Source: an uncultured Clostridium sp. (GTDB taxonomy: Bacteria > Bacillota > Clostridia > TANB77 > CAG-508). Taken from it: DNA of 32,000 bases. A model generated the notes under the pieces. The model was not told where the DNA came from. It saw only the letters and a list, made by a program, of their open reading frames with translations, and searched no databases. Positions 1 to 10,647 of the stretch are shown in pieces. The first letter of the stretch is position 1, and every line of letters starts with the position of its first letter. A program made the translations under genes and the position numbers. The stretch covers positions 90,230-122,229 of the forward strand of contig CANSPP010000001.1 of assembly GCA_947648905.1 (NCBI GenBank), given 5' to 3'.

Positions 1-740
<740 letters not shown>

Positions 741-843
741 ATTACTTCACCTCTTTATCATTCTTTCCAAATTATATCTTTTTAAACAAATTTTCTGCCA
801 ATGAGGTCGGACCTTTTTGACAGAAAAACATCTCTCATTTATC

Positions 844-873
844 TTGACAATTTTAGGCAAAAAACTATATAAT
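844..873 (+). promoter_or_regulatory. Sigma-A type promoter upstream of the NRPS gene
   Basis: TTGACA (844-849), 18-nt spacer, TATAAT (868-873), about 30 nt upstream of the SD GGAG (893-896). Confidence 0.5.
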
Positions 874-902
874 TTGACTATAAAACTTAATTGGAGAAAA
901 AT

Positions 903-3900
903 ATGAAAAAGGAAGTATATGAATTAACAAACCCACAGAAGAATATATGGGAACTAGAACAAATAAATGGAGATGGAACACCAATAAATCATATTATGTC
1001 AGTGCTAAAGCTTAACAGAAAATTGGATGAAGATTTATTAGTAAAAACTATGAACAAAATTATCGAAGTAAATGATTCTTTCCATTTAAAATTCATTAAG
1101 GATGGCTCAAATTTATATCAATATGTTGATGAGTATCACTATGTACCTATTGAAACCAAGCACTTTGATACAGATGATATTTCCGTTGCTATTGAAGAAT
1201 ATCAAAATTTAGAGCTTTCATTAAACAAGCTTTTTAGTATTTGCCTAGTTTTCACACCTTGTTCTTCTTATGTTTTATATAAATCACATCATATTATTGC
1301 TGACGCTTGGAGTATGTCCCAAGTTGCTGAGCAAATAAAAGATTTTTATGAGAAATTACAAAGGAATGAGAGTGAAGAGGCTTTCGAAAAACCTAGTTAT
1401 CTTCCTTTTATTAATAGAGAAAAAACTTATTATGAGAGTAATAAGTTTAATATAGATGAACAATTTTGGATTGATTATGTAGCAAATATACCTTCTACAA
1501 AGTTATTTCAAAATTCTGATTACCTAAAAAAGAATGGAAAGCGTTATATTCAGCCACTTGACAGCAATTTATTTACTTCTATTTCTACTTATTGTCAAGA
1601 GAATAAGATTACAGAATATTCTTTCTTTTTAGGAATATTGTCTATTTATTTTAGTAAAATTTATAATTTGCAAAAGGTTACATTTGGTACTCCTTTTTTG
1701 AATCGTCAAAAAAGATTAAAGGAGCTTGAATGCACTGGTATGTTTGTCTCAACTTTACCTTTATTGGTAGAAATTGATAATAATGATACCTTTTTATCTT
1801 TGTGCAAAAAAATATCTTCAACAAATATGTCATTATTCAAACATTCTGGATATCCATATCACAAAATACAAGAAACTTATTGCAATACGGCACAAGACAA
1901 TTCTGGTTTATACGAAATTGGATTTTCTTATCAAATTAATAAACAAGAAAATGCTATGGAAAATAATGATTTAGGCGAATGTAGCTGGCTTTTTTCAGGT
2001 CAACAAAATAATCCCCTTACTATACATCTAACAACTTTAAATAATGACAAAGTCTTAAATTATGACTATTTATTTACCTGTTTTACTGAAGCAGAAATTA
2101 AAAAAATGAATTCATTTATTTTACATATAATTTCTCAAGTGTTAAGAGGAAAGTCAAATCTATCTGATATAACACTTTTAACAGATGAAGATGTTTCAAC
2201 TTTAACTGCTTTTAACTTGACAGGAACTATCGAAAATTCAAATGAAACTGTAGTTTCAATTTTTGATAATATTGTTGCAAAATATCCTGATAATATTGCA
2301 GTTTGCTGTGATAATACAGAAATAACTTATTCTGAATTAAATAAAAAAATAAATAATGTAGCAAAAGCATTAATAAATCTAGGAATTACGAAAAATACAC
2401 CAGTTGCCCTATTTTTAGATAAAAGCATAGAGATGATTATAGCTATGTTTGCTGTTCTAAAGGCTGGTGGTTGTTATGTACCGATTTTACCAGACGAGTC
2501 CGCTTCTAGGATTGAGTATATTTTAAATGATTGTAAACCAAAATGTGTTTTAACGCACAAAAATTATGACACAAAAATTCCAACAAAAGCTATTATTATT
2601 AACCTAGACAACTATGGATTTAATGGTTTTTATGATATTAGCGAAAATAGGCCTTCTCCAGAGGACACAGCCTATATAATTTATACATCTGGCTCTACTG
2701 GTAACCCAAAAGGTACTATGGTAATGCATAAAAATATTGCTGGATTAAGAACTTCAATTGAAAAAGATGCAATTTTAAAATCAACTAGTAAAGATGTATC
2801 TATGTCACTTTTAAAATATTCTTTTGATGCATCTGGAATTGATATTTATAGTTCTTTGCTTTTTGGTGGTAAACTTATTTTAGTAAAGAAAGAAGATGAG
2901 TTAAATCCAGAAAAAGTTATTAGAATTATGGAAAAAGAAAAAGTAACAAGGTCTTTTCTAATTCCAAAATGGGTTGAGCATATTGCCTTACAAGATAAAT
3001 TGTTAGATGCAGATTTATCTTCTCTTAGAATTCTTGGAACTGGTGGCGAGACTCTAAAACCATATATTATAGAGAATTTACTTTCTAAATATAGTAACTT
3101 AAAAGTTCTAAATTTATATGGACCAACAGAAACAACAATGTTTACAACTTATAAAGAAGTAAGCGTTTATGAAATAAAAAATAATCATACTTCAATTGGC
3201 AAACCTATTTATGGCTCTCGACTTTTAGTTATTAATTCTAATTTAGAAGTTATGCCAATTGACACAAAAGGAGAATTAGTAGTTTACGAAGACGAAAATT
3301 CTATACAAAATATTGCTAAGGGATATCTAAACTTGCCAGAAGCAACAGAATCTAGATTTGTGCAAATTTATCATCCTATTTTAGGTAAAACTGTTAAAGC
3401 TTATAGAACAGGTGATATAGCAAAGATTAGTAAAGATTTAGATATTGAATTTATTGGTAGAAATGATGATGTTGTAAAGGTTAATGGAGGATACTTGGTT
3501 GCATTAAACGAAGTTCAAAATAAAATTCAAAAATTACTTGGAAATAATTTTGAGGTATTCCCTGTTGCCATACCATACAAGAATACAAAAGCAATTTACT
3601 TATTCTTAACAAAAAAAGAAAAGAATATCAATTTATATAATATAAAAAATTACATTAACAGTAATATTTCATTTTATATGAAACCTAAAAAAATTATTGA
3701 GCTAGATGACTTTCCTCGTAATTCTTCTGGCAAAATAAATAGAAAAGAGTTAGAAAATTTGGCACTTAACTATTTAGAGAAAAATAATAGTAAACGTATT
3801 GCGCCAAAAACAGATTTAGAAATTGATATTTATAACTATGTAAAAGAGTTAGTTGGAATAGATGAGTTCTCTATAACTGATGATTTAATTGAAGATTTAG

Positions 3901-5162
3901 GAATTGATTCTTTATCTTTAACTGCTATTTATACATATTTAGAAAAATATAATATCTTAATTCAAGATATATACAACAATTCTAATATAAAAGACTTGGC
4001 AAACTTTATTGAAAACAACTCTTCTAGCGAAGCTAAACCAGATTTAACTAATATCGAAAATATTCAAATTTTAAATAATGTAAAAAAATTTGATTTAAGT
4101 ACTGTTCTAATTACTGGGGTTACAGGATTTTTAGGAATTCACTTGTTGAAGAATTTACTTATAAATGAAAAAGTTGAAAAAATTTATTGTATAATAAGGA
4201 ATAAAATTAATTTAAATGGTAAAATTAGATTGCAAAAAATGATTGATTTCTATTTTGCTTCTGATGAAAATCTGTTAAAATTAATTGATAAAAAAGTCAT
4301 CATTTTAAATGGTGACATAACAAAAAACCAATTAGGCTTAGATCAAAATACATATTTTAAAATTAAGGAAGACGTAACTTGCGTTATTAACAGTGCTGCT
4401 AATGTAAAACATTTTGCAAAACCTGGCAAAATTTATATAGATAATGTGCAAAGTGTTATTAATCTAATTGATTTTTGCGAAGATAAAATATCTTTAGCGC
4501 ATATTTCTACTTTATCAATCGCAGGTTATAAAGGTGACTTAACTAAAAATAAAGTTTTTGATGAAAATACTTTGTTTATAAATCAAGAATTTAACAATAA
4601 TCCTTATTTAGTTACTAAATTTGAAGCAGAAAAGGAAATATTAGAGGCAACTTCAAATGGGTTAAACGCTGTTATTTTTAGATTAGGAAATATTATGCCA
4701 AGAGCTAGTGATGGAGTTTTTCAAGAAAATTCTAATCAAAATGTATTTTTGGCTTCACTTAAAGCTATCATTGATAGCAAAGTAGTTGCAAAAGACTTAC
4801 TTGGTTTAAAATTGGAATTTAGTCCTGTTGACGAATGTGCTGATATAATTTTAGGCTTATTAGAAAATAGTTCATCAAATTCTATTTATCACATTTTGAG
4901 TAATAAAGAAATTACTGTAGCTGAATTAAAGACTATTCTTAAATTTTTAAATTGTGATTTATTAGATGTTGATTTAAAAACTTTTATTGAGGAAATGAAA
5001 CAAAATGCAGATGAATATACAAAAGAATATATTTTAGGTACTAATTTAAATACGTATTCTCAAGATATTACTTTATCAAAATTAGAAGAACTTAGTTTAG
5101 ACTGGTCTTCTATTGATATTCATTATATGCAAAAAATTTTAGATATTATTAGAGGGATGTGA
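903..5162 (+). CDS. Single-module nonribosomal peptide synthetase with domain order C-A-T-R (terminal thioester reductase)
   Basis: C domain: HHIIADAW (HHxxxD, codons from 1287). A domain: FDAS (A4), AYIIYTSGSTGNPKG (A3, about 2670-2714), NLYGPTETT (A5), YRTGDIA (A7), GRNDDVVKVNGGY (A8), SSGKINRK (A10). T domain: LGIDSLS (Ser codon about 3909). R domain: ITGVTGFLG Rossmann motif (about 4110-4137) and YLVTK (YxxxK). I prefer the ATG at 903 (SD GGAG 893-896) over the track's TTG at 891. Confidence 0.9.
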   Translation: MKKEVYELTNPQKNIWELEQINGDGTPINHIMSVLKLNRKLDEDLLVKTMNKIIEVNDSFHLKFIKDGSNLYQYVDEYHYVPIETKHFDTDDISVAIEEYQNLELSLNKLFSICLVFTPCSSYVLYKSHHIIADAWSMSQVAEQIKDFYEKLQRNESEEAFEKPSYLPFINREKTYYESNKFNIDEQFWIDYVANIPSTKLFQNSDYLKKNGKRYIQPLDSNLFTSISTYCQENKITEYSFFLGILSIYFSKIYNLQKVTFGTPFLNRQKRLKELECTGMFVSTLPLLVEIDNNDTFLSLCKKISSTNMSLFKHSGYPYHKIQETYCNTAQDNSGLYEIGFSYQINKQENAMENNDLGECSWLFSGQQNNPLTIHLTTLNNDKVLNYDYLFTCFTEAEIKKMNSFILHIISQVLRGKSNLSDITLLTDEDVSTLTAFNLTGTIENSNETVVSIFDNIVAKYPDNIAVCCDNTEITYSELNKKINNVAKALINLGITKNTPVALFLDKSIEMIIAMFAVLKAGGCYVPILPDESASRIEYILNDCKPKCVLTHKNYDTKIPTKAIIINLDNYGFNGFYDISENRPSPEDTAYIIYTSGSTGNPKGTMVMHKNIAGLRTSIEKDAILKSTSKDVSMSLLKYSFDASGIDIYSSLLFGGKLILVKKEDELNPEKVIRIMEKEKVTRSFLIPKWVEHIALQDKLLDADLSSLRILGTGGETLKPYIIENLLSKYSNLKVLNLYGPTETTMFTTYKEVSVYEIKNNHTSIGKPIYGSRLLVINSNLEVMPIDTKGELVVYEDENSIQNIAKGYLNLPEATESRFVQIYHPILGKTVKAYRTGDIAKISKDLDIEFIGRNDDVVKVNGGYLVALNEVQNKIQKLLGNNFEVFPVAIPYKNTKAIYLFLTKKEKNINLYNIKNYINSNISFYMKPKKIIELDDFPRNSSGKINRKELENLALNYLEKNNSKRIAPKTDLEIDIYNYVKELVGIDEFSITDDLIEDLGIDSLSLTAIYTYLEKYNILIQDIYNNSNIKDLANFIENNSSSEAKPDLTNIENIQILNNVKKFDLSTVLITGVTGFLGIHLLKNLLINEKVEKIYCIIRNKINLNGKIRLQKMIDFYFASDENLLKLIDKKVIILNGDITKNQLGLDQNTYFKIKEDVTCVINSAANVKHFAKPGKIYIDNVQSVINLIDFCEDKISLAHISTLSIAGYKGDLTKNKVFDENTLFINQEFNNNPYLVTKFEAEKEILEATSNGLNAVIFRLGNIMPRASDGVFQENSNQNVFLASLKAIIDSKVVAKDLLGLKLEFSPVDECADIILGLLENSSSNSIYHILSNKEITVAELKTILKFLNCDLLDVDLKTFIEEMKQNADEYTKEYILGTNLNTYSQDITLSKLEELSLDWSSIDIHYMQKILDIIRGM

Positions 5163-5166
5163 TATT

Positions 5167-7191
5167 TTGAAAGAGAAATCCACAAAAGAATTAAAAAATT
5201 TTAAATTAAAATTTATAACAATGATTTTGCTTGTTGACTTAATTGCTGTTGTAGTTGTTTACTTTATTATGCCTTTGGTGCAAAATTTCCCGCCACTTTC
5301 CGAGAACTTTGCTTTCCAAAAAGAAGTACAACCACTTACTCATATACAGCAATACACAGTTGTTTATATACTTGGTATATCAGTTCATTTACTTTCTTTT
5401 TCTATATTAATGAAAAGAATATATAAGTATTTGAATAAGCATTACCGTAAAGAACCAATTTCTTATGCAGAAATTAAACAGGTTAGAAAAGATTGTATCA
5501 ATATTCCGTATAAAGTTTTCTTTGTACAAATGGTAACAATTACATCTATTGGAATTCTGTTTAACTTTATAATGCTAGCTTCTGCTTTTGCGATATTAAG
5601 ATTTACATTGATGATTATTGCTATTGCTTCTATCATCTCAATTATTTTGTTAATTGTATCACAGAAATTTTTGTATAGTGTTATTTTAACAACATACGAA
5701 GTCTCTAATAAATACGAAAAAAATATTGGATATAGAATTACTAATTCGCAAAACTTATTGTTCCAAATGGTTCCTTTTATTGCAGTAATATTAATTGTTA
5801 TATCCTTAATTGGATATTCAAAAGCTGTTCAACAAGAAGGATTTTCAACTGGTAACTATTATAGAGCATATATGGAATCAAAAAATATTGCACCATCACA
5901 AGTAAATATGGAAAACTTAAAACAAATTCTATCTACAATACCACTTCAGGACCCATCACATTATTACTTTGTAATTTCACCAAATGACGAGGATATCTAT
6001 GTATCTTCTCCAGATGGAGTTGTTAGTGATTTTGTATTAAGTTATAGAGATTATTTTTATGATGAAACAAATGGCTTTTTATATGAAAAATTTGGTATAG
6101 ATGAACAACTATATGCTATGAAATTAACAGATTTGAATGGTCAAACTTGGTATATCGGTTACAAATATCCTGTTGTGGATATGGATTTACTTGTATACTA
6201 CTTTACACTTATAATTATTTTGCTAGTTATATACTCTGTCTTATTATTAATATGGTCACGTAATATATCTAGTAACTTAATAAAAACAACAAATAGCCTA
6301 AAAAACATTGTAGACACTGAAAATATTGATAAAAATATGATATTGCCAGTTGCATCAAATGACGAATTTGGTGACTTAGCATACTACTACAACAAAATTC
6401 GAGAGTTGACTATAAAAAACATTGAGCAAATTCACGATAACCAAGAAACACTAATGGAAAAAGAACGTCTAGCATCACTAGGACAACTAATAGGTGGAAT
6501 TGCACACAACCTAAAAACACCTATAATGTCAATCTCTGGTGCAGCAGAAGGATTACACGATTTAGTAAAAGAATATGACTCATCAATAGATGACCCAGAA
6601 GTAAACAGTCAAGACCACCACGAAATTGCAAGCGATATGAACACTTGGATTTCTAAAATCAAAACACATACTGAATATATGTCAGACGTTATAACAGCAG
6701 TAAAAGGTCAAGCTGTTAACCTATCAAACGAAGAAGACATATCATTCACAATCGGAGAACTATTAAAAAGAGTAAATATATTAATGAAACACGAGCTTAA
6801 AAACTCTATCACTTATTTAAACATATCTATGCAAACTAACGAAAACCTAGTAATTAGAGGAGATGTTAATAGTTTAGTACAAGTAATAAACAATATGATA
6901 TCCAATGCTATTCAAGCCTATGGCGGAAAAACTGAGCAAAACATAGACCTAATCGTTGAAAAAGACAATAACAACAACTTGGTAATCTCTATAAAAGACT
7001 ATGGACCTGGAATACCTAAAAAGGTCAAAGATAAACTATTTAAAGAAATGATAACAACAAAAGGAAAAAACGGTACAGGACTTGGACTATATATGTCTTA
7101 CTCAACTATTAGAGCACACTTCAATGGAAATATATCTATTGACTCAACCGAGGGCGTAGGCACTACATTTACAATTACTTTACCTTTATAA
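5167..7191 (+). CDS. Multi-TM sensor histidine kinase (HisKA + HATPase_c)
   Basis: About 6 predicted TM helices and a roughly 130-aa loop domain. H-box LIGGIAHNLKTP (His codon 6504-6506). N box NNMISNAIQA, G1 DYGPGI, G2 GTGLGL. The TTG start is 4 nt after the NRPS stop codon (TGA at 5160-5162), with SD GAGGGA 9 nt upstream. The start codon is uncertain; an alternative ATG is at 5221. Confidence 0.85.
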   Translation: MKEKSTKELKNFKLKFITMILLVDLIAVVVVYFIMPLVQNFPPLSENFAFQKEVQPLTHIQQYTVVYILGISVHLLSFSILMKRIYKYLNKHYRKEPISYAEIKQVRKDCINIPYKVFFVQMVTITSIGILFNFIMLASAFAILRFTLMIIAIASIISIILLIVSQKFLYSVILTTYEVSNKYEKNIGYRITNSQNLLFQMVPFIAVILIVISLIGYSKAVQQEGFSTGNYYRAYMESKNIAPSQVNMENLKQILSTIPLQDPSHYYFVISPNDEDIYVSSPDGVVSDFVLSYRDYFYDETNGFLYEKFGIDEQLYAMKLTDLNGQTWYIGYKYPVVDMDLLVYYFTLIIILLVIYSVLLLIWSRNISSNLIKTTNSLKNIVDTENIDKNMILPVASNDEFGDLAYYYNKIRELTIKNIEQIHDNQETLMEKERLASLGQLIGGIAHNLKTPIMSISGAAEGLHDLVKEYDSSIDDPEVNSQDHHEIASDMNTWISKIKTHTEYMSDVITAVKGQAVNLSNEEDISFTIGELLKRVNILMKHELKNSITYLNISMQTNENLVIRGDVNSLVQVINNMISNAIQAYGGKTEQNIDLIVEKDNNNNLVISIKDYGPGIPKKVKDKLFKEMITTKGKNGTGLGLYMSYSTIRAHFNGNISIDSTEGVGTTFTITLPL

Positions 7192-7199
7192 ATTTTTTA

Positions 7200-7253
7200 A
7201 AAAGCAAGCTTTTAAATGATTTTTGTTTAAAATACTTGCTTTTTATTTTTTTT
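7200..7253 (+). terminator. Rho-independent terminator after the kinase gene
   Basis: AAAAGCAAGCTTTTAAA ... TTTAAAATACTTGCTTTT imperfect stem followed by a long T-run (7241-7253). Confidence 0.5.
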
Positions 7254-7264
7254 ATTAATATAAT
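7236..7264 (+). promoter_or_regulatory. Candidate promoter for the response-regulator gene, overlapping the terminator 3' arm
   Basis: TTGCTT (7236-7241), 17-nt spacer, TATAAT (7259-7264). SD AAGAGG precedes the ATG at 7301. Confidence 0.4.
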
Positions 7265-7300
7265 GTAGAAAATACTAAAATTTTATTTAAGAGGTATTCT

Positions 7301-8362
7301 ATGAGAAAAGGATTGCAAAATTTAGAAAATAATGAAAATAAAAACTACAGAATTATAGCCGTTGATGATGAAGAAGGAATTATTGATTCTTTGTCAATCT
7401 TCTTAAAAAGATCTGGTTATGACTTTGTTGGTGCAACTAATCCAGAGCAAGCTATAGAAATGGTAAAAAATGAACATTTTGATTTAATGATATTAGACTT
7501 TATTATGACGCCAATTCATGGAGACCAAGTTGTTGAGGAAATACGTAAATTTGATAAAGAACTTTATATTTTATTGCTAACTGGTCATAAAGATTTAGCT
7601 CCTCCACTAGACACAATCAGAAGACTTGATATTCAAGGTTATTGCGAAAAAAGTGATAAATTTGACCAGCTCTTACTATTGATTGAATCTGGTATTAAAT
7701 CTATAAAACAGATGAATGAAATCAAGAAAATAAATAATGAATTATCTGATACATATGAAAAATTAGAAAAAGCTTATTTAGAAAGTGTTCAAACTTTAAG
7801 ATATACTGTTGAAGCAAAAGATTCTTATACACGTGGTCATTCTGACCGTGTTTCAGAATACTCTGTATTGCTTGGCAAATATTTAAATCTTCCAGAGGAG
7901 ACACTTAATACATTACGTATTGGTGGATTATTCCACGATATTGGAAAAATTGGTGTGCCTGATAGTATTTTACAAAAAGAAAGTAAATTAACTGATGATG
8001 AATATTCTGAGATAAAAAATCACCCTTCAATTGGTGCTCATATATTATCAACTGCAACGATTTTCCACGATATAATTCCAATTGTAAAACATCATCACGA
8101 AAAATATGATGGAACAGGTTATCCAGGAAGGTTACAAGGAGAAAACATTCCTTACTTAGCTAGAATTGCTGCTATTGCAGATAGTTTTGATGCTATGACT
8201 TCTAGAAGAACTTATCGTGACTCTTTGCCTATGGATGTTGTTATTTCAGAGTTTAAAAGATGCAAAGGAACTCAGTTTGACCCTAAATTAGCTGATGTTT
8301 TCTTAGATATTTTAGAAAATCACTTTGATGAAATTAAGGAAATTCAAGAAAAATATAAATAA
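7301..8362 (+). CDS. Response regulator with REC domain and HD-GYP c-di-GMP phosphodiesterase domain (RpfG-like)
   Basis: REC: VDDEEG acidic pocket, phospho-acceptor Asp in LMILDF (codon 7496-7498), LLTGH, GYCEKS. HD-GYP: GHSDRV, FHDIGKIGVPD, HHEKYDGTGYPG. Confidence 0.9.
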   Translation: MRKGLQNLENNENKNYRIIAVDDEEGIIDSLSIFLKRSGYDFVGATNPEQAIEMVKNEHFDLMILDFIMTPIHGDQVVEEIRKFDKELYILLLTGHKDLAPPLDTIRRLDIQGYCEKSDKFDQLLLLIESGIKSIKQMNEIKKINNELSDTYEKLEKAYLESVQTLRYTVEAKDSYTRGHSDRVSEYSVLLGKYLNLPEETLNTLRIGGLFHDIGKIGVPDSILQKESKLTDDEYSEIKNHPSIGAHILSTATIFHDIIPIVKHHHEKYDGTGYPGRLQGENIPYLARIAAIADSFDAMTSRRTYRDSLPMDVVISEFKRCKGTQFDPKLADVFLDILENHFDEIKEIQEKYK

Positions 8363-8365
8363 ACA

Positions 8366-8433
8366 TTTTTGGGACAGACCCAAAATTCATCACCTTTTTA
8401 ATTGATAATGTATTTTAGGTCTGTCCCATTTTT
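8366..8433. repeat. REP/REPIN-like inverted doublet between the convergent regulator and tex genes
   Basis: TTTTTGGGACAGACC (core 8371-8380) and GGTCTGTCCCATTTTT (core 8418-8427) are reverse complements separated by 37 nt. Confidence 0.7.
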
Positions 8434-8440
8434 CATCATA

Positions 8441-10624
8441 TTATACTTTCATAGAAAGTCCAACTTTTTGTCTTTCCATATCTATCTTAATAACTTTAAC
8501 TTTTACAACATCTCCTACTGAAACAATCTCAGATGGATTTTTAATAAATTTGTCACTCATTTCTGAAATATGTACAAGTCCATCGTGTTTTACACCAATA
8601 TCTACAAATGCTCCAAAGTCTATTACATTTCTAACTGTTCCTGTTAATATCATTCCTTCTTTTAAGTCTTCTAGTTTTAAAACATCGCTTCTTAAAACTG
8701 GTTTTGGCATATCTTCACGTGGGTCTCTTCCTGGCTTGTTAAGTTCTGCTATAATGTCTGTTAATGTCATTTCTCCTATTTCTAGTTCTTTTGCTGTTTT
8801 GGCAATGTCTATATGTTTTAGTTTATTTCTTAAGTCTTCTAATTTTTCCTTATTTTTTAGGTCGTTTACGTCAAAGCCTATTTCTTTAAGTAATTTTTCT
8901 GTCGCTTCATAACTTTCAGGGTGAACTGCTGTTATTTCTAATGGATTGTCTCCATCAAATATTCTTAGGAACCCTGCGCATTGCTCATATGCTACTTTCC
9001 CTAATTTTGGTACTTTTAGTAATTGCTTTCTATTTTTAAGTTTTCCATTTTCGTCTCTATATTTTACAATATTTTTAGCTATTGTGTTGTTAATTCCTGC
9101 TACATATGAAAGTAGTGATGGTGTTGCAGTATTTACATCTACTCCAACTTTATTAACGCTGTCTTCCACTACGCCTGTTAAACTTTCAGCTAATCTTTTT
9201 TGATTTACGTCGTGTTGATATTGTCCAACTCCAATTGCTTTTGGGTCAATTTTAACCAATTCTGCTAATGGGTCTTGTAATCTTCTTGCTATTGATATTG
9301 CTCCTCTTATTGATACATTTATGTCTGGATATTCTTCTGTTGCAAGCTTAGATGCTGAATAAACTGATGCTCCTGCTTCGCTTACAATTACATAGCATAC
9401 ATCTCTTTTGGTTTCTTTTAACATATCTGCAACAAACATTTCTGATTCTCTAGAAGCTGTACCGTTTCCTATTGCTATCATATCGATTTTATGTTTTTCT
9501 ATTAATTTTAAAAGTTCCTTTTTAGCGTTTTCAACATCATTTTGTGGCGCTGTTGGGTATACAGTTGTATAGTCTAAAACTTTTCCAGTTTCATCTATAA
9601 CAGCAATTTTACATCCTGTTCTATAAGCAGGGTCAAATCCCATAACTGTTTTACCTTTTATTGGAGCTCCTAATAATAATTGTTTTGAATTTTGACCAAA
9701 TACTTTAATTGCCTTTTCTTCTGCTTTTTCAGTTAAATCTGAACGAATTTCTCTTTCAATTGAAGGTTCAATTAATCTTTTAAAACTATCTTCAATCGTT
9801 GTTCTTAACATATCTGTAAATTGTGTTTCTCCCTTGATAACATCTCTTTCAATATATTTTAAGATTTTCTCTTCAGGCTTTTCTAATTTAACTTTTAAGA
9901 AATCTTCCTTTTCTCCACGGTTTATCGCTAAAATTCTGTGGCTTGGTATGTATTTAATTGCTTCTTTATATTCATAATACATTTCATAATTAGATTTTGC
10001 TTCTGGGTCTGCTGCTTTAGTTTCAACTAAACCTTCTCTATAACATTGTCTTTTAATTTCTTTTCTATATTTAGCATTATCAGAGATATTTTCTGCAATA
10101 ATATCTAAAGCACCTGCAATCGCATCTTCCGCAGTCGCTACGACCTTATCCTTATTCTTTTTATCTTCTTCTGATAATTTATCAATATTTACATACTCTT
10201 TAGCAATTTCATAAATATCTCTTGTTTCTTTTTGCTCAATTATAATATTAGCAAGTGGCTCTAACCCCTTAGCTTTAGCAACAGTCGCTCTTGTCTTTTT
10301 CTTTTGCTTGTAAGGTCTATAAATATCCTCTACTTCCGCTAGAGTTTTGCTAAGAGCAACCGCTTTTAAAATTTCATCTGTTAGCTTTCCTTGCTCATCA
10401 ATAGAATTAATAACTTCCTCTTTTCTCTTCTCTAAATTTCTTAGGTATGCTAGCCTGTCGCCTAATTCCCTAAGAGTCTCATCACTTAATCCTCCAGTTA
10501 CTTCTTTTCTATATCTTGCAATAAAAGGTATTGTATTGCCTTCATCAATTAATTTTATTGTATTTTCTACTTGATTCTCTCTTATCTTTAGTTCTTCTGC
10601 TATTGTTTTTATAATTTTATCCAT
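8441..10624 (-). CDS. tex: Tex-like transcription accessory protein (S1 RNA-binding domain at the C-terminus)
   Basis: 727 aa. N-terminus IAEELKIRENQVENTIKLIDEGNTIPFIARYRKE. YqgF/RuvX-like core VMGFDPAYRTGCK, HhH region, C-terminal S1 domain GTVRNVIDFGAFVDIG...GLVHISE. Confidence 0.9.
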   Translation of the reverse strand: MDKIIKTIAEELKIRENQVENTIKLIDEGNTIPFIARYRKEVTGGLSDETLRELGDRLAYLRNLEKRKEEVINSIDEQGKLTDEILKAVALSKTLAEVEDIYRPYKQKKKTRATVAKAKGLEPLANIIIEQKETRDIYEIAKEYVNIDKLSEEDKKNKDKVVATAEDAIAGALDIIAENISDNAKYRKEIKRQCYREGLVETKAADPEAKSNYEMYYEYKEAIKYIPSHRILAINRGEKEDFLKVKLEKPEEKILKYIERDVIKGETQFTDMLRTTIEDSFKRLIEPSIEREIRSDLTEKAEEKAIKVFGQNSKQLLLGAPIKGKTVMGFDPAYRTGCKIAVIDETGKVLDYTTVYPTAPQNDVENAKKELLKLIEKHKIDMIAIGNGTASRESEMFVADMLKETKRDVCYVIVSEAGASVYSASKLATEEYPDINVSIRGAISIARRLQDPLAELVKIDPKAIGVGQYQHDVNQKRLAESLTGVVEDSVNKVGVDVNTATPSLLSYVAGINNTIAKNIVKYRDENGKLKNRKQLLKVPKLGKVAYEQCAGFLRIFDGDNPLEITAVHPESYEATEKLLKEIGFDVNDLKNKEKLEDLRNKLKHIDIAKTAKELEIGEMTLTDIIAELNKPGRDPREDMPKPVLRSDVLKLEDLKEGMILTGTVRNVIDFGAFVDIGVKHDGLVHISEMSDKFIKNPSEIVSVGDVVKVKVIKIDMERQKVGLSMKV

Positions 10625-10647
10625 ATTTAATTTCCTTTCTTTTAAAC

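Noticed and set aside
791-827. Hairpin TTTTCTGCCA ... TGACAGAAAA with an inner GGTCGGACC, as a possible further member of the REP-like family
   Set aside because: It shares only GACAG with the family core and lacks the conserved flanks. It may be a regulatory site in the protease/NRPS divergent promoter region, but I cannot support more than that.
1774-1974. 66-aa ORF in an alternative frame inside the NRPS gene
   Set aside because: It is embedded in the condensation-domain coding region, has no SD, and is AT-rich chance sequence.
8550-10574. Three ORFs (8550..8912, 8946..9203, 10347..10574) antisense to tex
   Set aside because: They are Ser/Phe/Leu-rich low-complexity translations opposite a strongly supported 727-aa CDS, with no SD sequences. 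The same reasoning applies to the ORFs antisense to the ABC-F gene (12528..13502), gyrA (27074..29116), the DUF1016 gene (30135..30737), the 241-aa ORF (31045..31356), the dnaD/dnaC-like genes (25660..26640), the SDR gene (20450..20746), the VanW gene (18078..18465) and others.
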